Below the pieces are notes generated by a model that worked only from the letters and a program-made list of their open reading frames with translations, had not been told where the DNA came from and ran no database searches. Positions 57,870 to 64,000 of a stretch of 64,000 bases of DNA are shown one piece after another (position 1 is the stretch's first letter; the number at the start of each line of letters is the position of its first letter). Made by a program: the position numbers and the translations under genes. Origin of the DNA: Candidatus Kapaibacterium sp. (GTDB lineage Bacteria; Bacteroidota; Ignavibacteria; Kapaibacteriales; UBA2268); assembly GCA_963664875.1 (NCBI GenBank), contig OY761611.1:1760958-1824957 (forward strand), written 5' to 3'.

Positions 57870-60314
57870 TTACCTCCTATTAATATTAATTATTTTTGAA
57901 ATCTTTTTATTATTCATCTTAATTTCTAATATGTATTCTCCCATAGAAAGATTGTATGGTAACACAATCGTCGCTGCATCGGAAAACCACATATCTTGGT
58001 GCAATACTAAATTCCCGGTAATATCATACAATAAAACCGTTGCGTTACCTCTATAATCTGACATATTCCTAATATGAACATAATTGACAGCAGGATTTGG
58101 AAAAAGTTGGAATTCTGATTCTACACTACCTTCCATTTCCTCAATTACAGATAAAACATTACCAATATCTAATATAGATATGTTTTCTATTCTTCTAAAC
58201 GAATTATTATCTCCATTTGGAACCGTATTTGCAGAAAACAAATAAACAGATTTTTTGTCCTTAGACAGAATTGGATATATATAACTGTGTTTTAATTTTG
58301 GAATAGCCTTACTTAGATCAATATTTTGTATTATCTGTTCATTATCTACATCGAGTATCAACATGTTTTCTGTGTCAAAATTACAAACAATCATATTGGA
58401 AGACTGTGGTACAGATATTATACTAGCACTTTCGTTATCACTTGAGCCTAATTGGTTATAAAACAAACTCGAAAAACTATCTTCATTAATGTGCAACTTT
58501 ATACAAATGTCATAGTCATATGATAATATATACAACAAAGAATCATTGTCAGGTATATCATAAGAAGCAAACTGATTATATATCTCATTTGTCTGAAAAA
58601 AAACTCCACCCTTGAAAGGAATTACTTTTTCATCTATCAGTGAATACTTCGCAAATGAAAACAAATTATTATCATCATACTCTTTATCGATGTCTTTTTT
58701 TGCTGTCACCAGTATAAGCTCATAGTTATCGATTAATAGTAAGTCAGATATAACAGTATTGGTTGAATACTGTTGAACAACTTTATCTAATGATATATCA
58801 TAAATAATAATATCACCAGAATATGTTGTAAGAATAATATTTTCAGAGTTTTTGTAGAAGTGAATAGAGCTAATATCTTCGTCATATTGTATAGTCTGTT
58901 TCAAAGACATATCTGATGCATTTAATATCCTAATTGTATTATATATTGATAACTCTTCATCTCTTACCAACATAGCAACATATTGATCATCTATAGAAAT
59001 ATCAAACTTGCCTTCATTCATATTATCACAATAATAAAAATCTTCAATTATAGAAGTAGATGGATCATATTTACATACATAACTAGTATTATAAGAATAA
59101 TCATAGCATCTAGTACTGATGCACATATCATCAGATTTATTATAACGTTTTATATTGTTAACATTTCCTGGCAAAGTGAGTAATTTTGTCTTAGAGTCAG
59201 AATAGTCTGATAATAATAAAAATTGATCTGCTATTGAAATAACTCTGGAATTACCTATATAATTCCCTGTCGCCAATATAGGAGAACTATAGCTCAACAG
59301 AGGTTGCTCATATTTCGGAGATGATATATCATTCAAATCATAAGTACAAATCTTTGCATTATTCATAGCTGTAAAAGTATTATATTTTTTATTTATATTA
59401 CATTGATAGCTAGAATTAAAATCTAATGTTTGCCGATTTTTTAAGTTTGAATCTAAAACATTCAGACTATAACAACTATTATTAGCATTATAGCCTACAA
59501 ATATGATTTTATCTCCTGATTCAAACAATCTACCATAAGCTCCATAAACAATATTGCCAGTAATATCTCGCATACTATAATTAATAGTCTCATCATACTC
59601 ACCAGACTCGGTCAATGCAATCAAACGCCCATTAGTACTTTGATCATAAACTAAACAAAGCAATTTATTATTAAAGTAACAAACATCAAGAGGACCACCT
59701 TTGTACTTTTCAGTCACATTTACAACCCAATTTATTTGCATTGTTTCTATATTCATAGATAATATTTCTCCATTACCATAAATGCAGAAATAGTCTGTAT
59801 CCGAAATAGAAGTTCGAATTGGTATTTTCACATTATCCAATTTTACAATATCAGTAAATTCTTTATTTATGATATCATACTTTATAATGTAACTAGCTTT
59901 ATGTTTTCCCCACTCTCCTTGGTAGCCATTTATTAGAATATATCTATCATCTCTACTAATAATAGGGCACTGTGGAAAAAACCCAACAGTATCAATATTA
60001 TCATTCGTAATTACATCAGCTAACTCACAATCTGAATTTCTATATAGCATTAACATCCCTGATCCTTGTGGTTCTGATTCTACCTCAGAACCATTTGCAA
60101 TCAAAGAGAAAATTCCACTCTCACTGGTGTATATCCTATTTAGATGAACGAGATCCCCAGCTTGATATCTAAAATATTTTGTCCCGGCTAAAGAACTGCC
60201 TTGCAATTGAGTCGTGAAACTAGCCAATAAAATCGCCCAAATAAAAAACAATATATTAATTGACAACAACATTCTAAAAACTTTCATGAATCTCTCCAAA
60301 ATTTGGTGGTTCAA
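57870..60314 (-). CDS. T9SS-secreted hypothetical protein (814 aa, Asn/Tyr/Ile-rich, probably beta-propeller-like)
   Basis: The signal peptide MKVFRMLLSINILFFIWAILLA starts from an internal Met. The C-terminus ...GEYILEIKMNNKKISKIININRR is a T9SS C-terminal domain. Confidence 0.6.
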   Translation of the reverse strand: MNHQILERFMKVFRMLLSINILFFIWAILLASFTTQLQGSSLAGTKYFRYQAGDLVHLNRIYTSESGIFSLIANGSEVESEPQGSGMLMLYRNSDCELADVITNDNIDTVGFFPQCPIISRDDRYILINGYQGEWGKHKASYIIKYDIINKEFTDIVKLDNVKIPIRTSISDTDYFCIYGNGEILSMNIETMQINWVVNVTEKYKGGPLDVCYFNNKLLCLVYDQSTNGRLIALTESGEYDETINYSMRDITGNIVYGAYGRLFESGDKIIFVGYNANNSCYSLNVLDSNLKNRQTLDFNSSYQCNINKKYNTFTAMNNAKICTYDLNDISSPKYEQPLLSYSSPILATGNYIGNSRVISIADQFLLLSDYSDSKTKLLTLPGNVNNIKRYNKSDDMCISTRCYDYSYNTSYVCKYDPSTSIIEDFYYCDNMNEGKFDISIDDQYVAMLVRDEELSIYNTIRILNASDMSLKQTIQYDEDISSIHFYKNSENIILTTYSGDIIIYDISLDKVVQQYSTNTVISDLLLIDNYELILVTAKKDIDKEYDDNNLFSFAKYSLIDEKVIPFKGGVFFQTNEIYNQFASYDIPDNDSLLYILSYDYDICIKLHINEDSFSSLFYNQLGSSDNESASIISVPQSSNMIVCNFDTENMLILDVDNEQIIQNIDLSKAIPKLKHSYIYPILSKDKKSVYLFSANTVPNGDNNSFRRIENISILDIGNVLSVIEEMEGSVESEFQLFPNPAVNYVHIRNMSDYRGNATVLLYDITGNLVLHQDMWFSDAATIVLPYNLSMGEYILEIKMNNKKISKIININRR

Positions 60315-60490
60315 AAATATTTGGTCAGCTCCGCCTTCCTCAGTGTATTCGTAGCTGTTTATACTATTAGAAACTTCAAACTTACATGAATCGATAGAGT
60401 TCTCGACCGCACTTCTATATCTGATTGTAGATTTTGGTATTTCTTCTAATGTATTATTATATGATTAGCACAAATATATGTAAAAATTTT
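60309..60490 (-). pseudogene. Remnant of an esterase paralog: an internal gene fragment fused to a copy of the esterase upstream promoter-like element
   Basis: Positions 60309-60460 align at about 70-75% identity with 56676-56830, which is internal to the esterase gene. Positions 60462-60490 match 57638-57666, which is upstream of the esterase gene. The roughly 800 bp that separate these two segments in the intact gene are absent here. Confidence 0.5.
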
Positions 60491-60604
60491 GTAATATAAT
60501 ATCACAATATTATATATTTATATATACTTATAGTAACATTGCTAAACTTGTAAGACACTCTATAGTACCAATCTTTCGCTCAATAAGCCCGGAACAACCC
60601 ACAC

Positions 60605-60641
60605 TTAAAAAAAAGCCGTCCAAATTATACATCCGAACGGC
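60605..60641 (-). terminator. Rho-independent terminator after the cyclophilin pair (minus strand)
   Basis: On the plus strand A8 precedes the stem AGCCGTCC...GAACGGCT. On the minus strand this is a hairpin followed by T8. Confidence 0.65.
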
Positions 60642-60679
60642 TTCAAACTCTTCTATTAGAGTAATTTTATTTTCTTAAA

Positions 60680-61180
60680 CTACTCTGCTTTTTTGATAGT
60701 CATCTCTACTTTTTCTCTCGGGCAATCTCTCATATCGCGAGGAGCTGATACTATTTTATCAGCTATTTCCATACCTTCGGTTACCTGACCGTAAACTGTG
60801 TACTGGCCATCTAAATGCGGTGCATCGGATACACAAATAAAGAATTGAGAAGTTGCACTGTTAGGATCCATTGTCCTTGCTGCAGATAAGATACCTCTTT
60901 TGTGAGGTGTTTTAGAAAATTCTGCTTTCACAGTTTTTTGCTTAGGATCGCCAAATCCCCACATTTCTTTATTGTCTGTCTTGGAGTTTGGATCTCCACC
61001 CTGAATCATAAATCCCGGGATTACTCTATGAAAAGCAGTGCCGTTGTAAAACTCATCTGCCACCAATTTTTCGAAATTTTCGCAATGCAAAGGAGCAATC
61101 TCAGGGAAAAGTTCTAATGTCATATTTCCAAGCTCTACTTCGCCGTGTTTTACAGAGATGATATATTTAGGATTTGCCAT
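60680..61180 (-). CDS. Cyclophilin-type peptidyl-prolyl cis-trans isomerase, cytoplasmic
   Basis: The cyclophilin signature is FHRVIPGFMIQGGDP. The 166 aa protein has no signal peptide. Confidence 0.9.
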   Translation of the reverse strand: MANPKYIISVKHGEVELGNMTLELFPEIAPLHCENFEKLVADEFYNGTAFHRVIPGFMIQGGDPNSKTDNKEMWGFGDPKQKTVKAEFSKTPHKRGILSAARTMDPNSATSQFFICVSDAPHLDGQYTVYGQVTEGMEIADKIVSAPRDMRDCPREKVEMTIKKAE

Positions 61181-61196
61181 TTTAGTAAAACTCCTG

Positions 61197-61889
61197 TTAT
61201 TGTTTCAATTCTACTTTATAATCATGTAATTTTGTTATAGTCATTTCTACTTTATCATTTGGTCTGTCGTTGCTTTTGCTTCTTGGTACACTAACTACCT
61301 GAAAAGCAACTCCGATATTAGCAAGCACCTGTCCGTAAACAGTATATTTCCCATCTAAATGCGGTGCATCCGCAACGCAGATGAAAAACTGCGAGGTCGC
61401 ACTGTTCGGGTTCTGCGAGCGTGCAGCCGAAAGGATACCTGTGGTGTGCTTAATTTCGTTAAATTCTGCCGGAATTTTTCTCTGGTTTTCATCGCCCATG
61501 CCCCAAGTCTCTTCAGGCATGTGTTTAGAGTTTGGATCTCCGCCTTGAATCATAAATCCAGGAATCACTCTATGAAAAGCTGTGCCGTCATAAAACTTGA
61601 TAGCTACAAGGCTGTCAAAATTGCGTGCGTGCTCAGGAGCAACTTCCGGAAATGTTTCCAATATCATTGAGCCAAATTCCTGCTCCCCTTGTCTTACGGT
61701 AATTTCGTAAAGTGGATTGTTGCCCGAAGGCAATTTGTCTAATAATATAATTCTTTCTGATTTGAACATAGAACATGAAGCCAAAGCCAGCATCAAAGCA
61801 AACAAAGGAATTAGTCTTTTCATTATTACTCCCATAGATAGATTACTTTTAGATAATGGATACAAAAATACAAAATTTTTGCAAGTCAT
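61197..61889 (-). CDS. Cyclophilin-type peptidyl-prolyl cis-trans isomerase, secreted or lipoprotein
   Basis: The same FHRVIPGFMIQGGDP core is present, preceded by a signal peptide with the lipobox LASC. Confidence 0.85.
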   Translation of the reverse strand: MTCKNFVFLYPLSKSNLSMGVIMKRLIPLFALMLALASCSMFKSERIILLDKLPSGNNPLYEITVRQGEQEFGSMILETFPEVAPEHARNFDSLVAIKFYDGTAFHRVIPGFMIQGGDPNSKHMPEETWGMGDENQRKIPAEFNEIKHTTGILSAARSQNPNSATSQFFICVADAPHLDGKYTVYGQVLANIGVAFQVVSVPRSKSNDRPNDKVEMTITKLHDYKVELKQ

Positions 61890-62054
61890 TACAAAAAAAA
61901 GGAAGTAGTCCTACCTTTATTATTGTTTCTTCCGGACAAGTTTAAGGCAAAATATAAAACAATAAAGGGTACTCGCAATAAATAAAACCGCACTACTCCA
62001 CCATCGGGAATGATGCGGCTTATAAATTTCATAATATCTTTTCTTCCCCACCTG

Positions 62055-62530
62055 CTACTCTACCGCGAAACCTATGCTACGCTTCTCGCTGCCATTGTCT
62101 ATCACAAGGTAGTAGATTCCGGTACTTATATCCTCAACATCTATCTGTTTACTGCCGAATGCCTCGGAGGCGTTGTAGCTGTAACTGCCGTCAAGTTCCT
62201 TAATTTTGCAGCCCATATAGTCATATATTTCAAATTTTACTTTCTCGCGGTAATTTGGATTCAAAAAGAAGTTTACCGTTACCATACGTTTCGCAGGATT
62301 TGGGTATAGTTTAGTGGGCAGTACCGTTGGGAAACTCTCCGTTTCTTCTGCTACTGAGGTAGTGTCCTTATAGATATTATAACTTACTGCTCCCTGATAG
62401 TGCCACTTGCCGTCTTTGCCCTTTATTCCATCGCCCCAATGAAAGAAAAACCACATACGCTTTTTGTCAGGGGAAATATATATTCGTCCCGGTGAAACAT
62501 ATTGTCTGACAGGATCGTTAGGTCTGTCTA
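62055..62530. repeat. Tandem direct repeat: the 3' ends of two adjacent T9SS cargo genes are near-identical (the second copy is 63521-64000)
   Basis: Identity is about 95% or higher over the first ~330 bp, including the C-terminal-domain coding region. It declines further upstream. Confidence 0.75.
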
Positions 62531-63518
62531 TCATTTCCCAATCTTTATCTTTATATTTGATGTAAAACCTTGCATAATCGATATCTGCAACAAAAGCAAT
62601 GCAGAAATCTTCGTTTACTTCTCTGATATTGAACACTATATTCTCACTTGCTTTTATACTTGTATCGTACATCGCAGTTGTCGATAAATCTTCGACTGTA
62701 TAGTCCATAGTGTATAAATTCAATGTAAACATCTGCCACTTGTTATTAGTAAAATATAGCAGACTGTCTTTAAATAAATATGATTTTATTTTTTGATTAG
62801 TGTCCTGAACCAATTCTCTCAAATCAACTGCATATTTCCCATTCTCGTTAAAATATGTGATATTGTAATAAACTGAAGGATATACATAATAACCCTTTAT
62901 TTTGTGGAGTTTATAATCAGAATAATTTATCTGCGGTATAAATTGCAAACTATCATAGCTCATCACAAATTCCCATTCTAAGGTTCTTTCCGAAAATTTG
63001 AACACTCCCGGATATTTGAATACATAATTTTCAATCTTGCACAGAAAACTACTGTCATCATACAAAGGCTGTCTGAGGATAGGTGAATCTATGCCAAACT
63101 CCTTAAATACGGGAACTTCTTTGTCAAACCTGATGATTGTATCGTCAGTAATGTAATCTATACCAAAATTATACCTTGCAAGTGCTGAATGTTTGGTAAA
63201 GTTAATTACTGACTCACAATTTGCCTGACTTGACCACTTTGTGTATCTTATTGTATCCTTACCTCTTACTATCTCATCCACATGCCAGGTAGTATCGCCC
63301 GATGGTGGAATTATCCAAAATCCTCTATCTGTTCCTACCCAAAGATTCCCGGTAGAGTCAAACGAATGTTGAGTTAATACCACACCTTTTATATATTCAA
63401 AATATACGGGGTCGTTCCAGCGTTCTGCTTTGCTGCTGATTGCTGTAATCAGGAGGAGTAAATATATGGTGTATTTCATAGTTTGCCTCTTTGATTGGAT
63501 TGTTTGGGTAATTATCAT
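62055..63518 (-). CDS. T9SS-secreted hypothetical protein (487 aa)
   Basis: The probable signal peptide comes from an internal Met (MKYTIYLLLLITAISSKA). The C-terminus ...GIYYLVIDNGSEKRSIGFAVE is a T9SS C-terminal domain. Confidence 0.6.
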   Translation of the reverse strand: MIITQTIQSKRQTMKYTIYLLLLITAISSKAERWNDPVYFEYIKGVVLTQHSFDSTGNLWVGTDRGFWIIPPSGDTTWHVDEIVRGKDTIRYTKWSSQANCESVINFTKHSALARYNFGIDYITDDTIIRFDKEVPVFKEFGIDSPILRQPLYDDSSFLCKIENYVFKYPGVFKFSERTLEWEFVMSYDSLQFIPQINYSDYKLHKIKGYYVYPSVYYNITYFNENGKYAVDLRELVQDTNQKIKSYLFKDSLLYFTNNKWQMFTLNLYTMDYTVEDLSTTAMYDTSIKASENIVFNIREVNEDFCIAFVADIDYARFYIKYKDKDWEMIDRPNDPVRQYVSPGRIYISPDKKRMWFFFHWGDGIKGKDGKWHYQGAVSYNIYKDTTSVAEETESFPTVLPTKLYPNPAKRMVTVNFFLNPNYREKVKFEIYDYMGCKIKELDGSYSYNASEAFGSKQIDVEDISTGIYYLVIDNGSEKRSIGFAVE

Positions 63519-63520
63519 TA

Positions 63521-64000
63521 CTACTCTACCGCGAAACCTATGCTACGCTTCTCGCTGCCATTGTCTATCACAAGGTAGTAGATTCCGGTACTTATATCCT
63601 CAACATCTATCTGTTTACTGCCGAATGCCTCCGAGGCGTTGTAACTGTAACTGCCGTCAAGCTCCTTAATTTTGCAGCCCATATAGTCATATATTTCAAA
63701 TTTTACTTTCTCGCGGTAATTTGGATTCAAAAAGAAGTTTACCGTTACCATACGTTTCGCAGGATTTGGGTATAGCTTAGTAGGCAGTACCGTTGGGAAA
63801 CCCTCTGTTTCTTCAGCTACTGAGGTAGTGTCCTTATAGATATTATAACTTACTGCACCCTGATAATGCCACTTGCCGTCTTTGCCCTTTATTCCATCAC
63901 TCCAATAAAAGAAAAACCACAAGCACTTTTTATCCGGTGACATATATAGTCGCTCAGGGCCTTCGTATTCCCTTATTGGATCATTTGGTCTGTCAATCAA
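63521..64000 (-). CDS. T9SS-secreted hypothetical protein, a tandem paralog that is partial because it runs off the right edge
   Basis: The C-terminal ~110 aa are nearly identical to those of the 62055..63518 gene. Confidence 0.6.
   Translation of the reverse strand: MIDRPNDPIREYEGPERLYMSPDKKCLWFFFYWSDGIKGKDGKWHYQGAVSYNIYKDTTSVAEETEGFPTVLPTKLYPNPAKRMVTVNFFLNPNYREKVKFEIYDYMGCKIKELDGSYSYNASEAFGSKQIDVEDISTGIYYLVIDNGSEKRSIGFAVE

Noticed and set aside
1-64000. A CRISPR array, rRNA or tRNA genes, transposases or integrases.
   Set aside because: No regularly spaced direct repeats were seen. No rRNA-like or tRNA-like conserved segments were seen. No proteins with DDE, tyrosine-recombinase or serine-recombinase motifs were seen on either strand.

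Overview
This 64 kb window is an AT-rich (~35% GC by eye) chromosomal segment, most likely from a bacterium of the Fibrobacteres-Chlorobi-Bacteroidetes (FCB) group. The lineage inference rests on at least six predicted proteins that end in type IX secretion (T9SS) C-terminal sorting domains. Many genes carry clear AGGAGG-type Shine-Dalgarno sites, which argues against classical Bacteroidia and fits an Ignavibacteria-like lineage. This is inference only. About 50 protein genes are supportable. No rRNA, tRNA, CRISPR array or transposase was recognised.

Housekeeping and metabolic content:
- uvrB and ribH.
- mreC-mreD, with no adjacent mreB.
- Two cyclophilins and an FKBP-type isomerase.
- An overlapping NfnAB-like flavoprotein pair.
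- The [FeFe]-hydrogenase maturases hydG and hydE.
- An acetyl-CoA hydrolase/transferase and an aldehyde dehydrogenase.
- A beta-carbonic anhydrase with a signal peptide and a membrane anchor.
- An aromatic-amino-acid-type pyridoxal-phosphate decarboxylase.
- Three tandem small heat-shock protein genes.
Together these suggest a fermentative anaerobe.

Regions worth a second look:
1. 40.4-44.8 kb. A seven-gene, translationally coupled operon encodes a GntR regulator, an ABC ATPase and five tandem diverged paralogous small polytopic membrane proteins. A perfect 10-5-10 palindrome sits 2 nt upstream of the regulator start codon.
2. 51.8-55.4 kb. Two paralogous secreted lipoproteins share an almost identical 5' end and a conserved upstream element of about 130 bp with three hairpins. 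One lipoprotein ends in a glycine-zipper tail reminiscent of class II bacteriocins or microcins. Three small hydrophobic ORFs and a terminator follow downstream. This looks like a toxin/bacteriocin-immunity locus.
3. 29-34.6 kb. A voltage-gated cation channel with a CaV/NaV-like filter is fused to tandem RCK domains. Its neighbours are a TerB-like membrane protein, a DUF1232 protein and a DUF262-DUF1524 (GmrSD-family) putative type IV restriction enzyme. A solitary N6-adenine methyltransferase with an N-terminal helix-turn-helix lies at 45.1-46.7 kb.
4. A 1075 aa five-domain fused flavo-iron-sulfur oxidoreductase.
5. Duplication remnants: an esterase pseudogene fragment with a copied promoter-like element at 60.3-60.5 kb, and near-identical tandem 3' ends of T9SS cargo genes at 62-64 kb.

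All functional calls come from motifs read directly in the translations. No database search was run.
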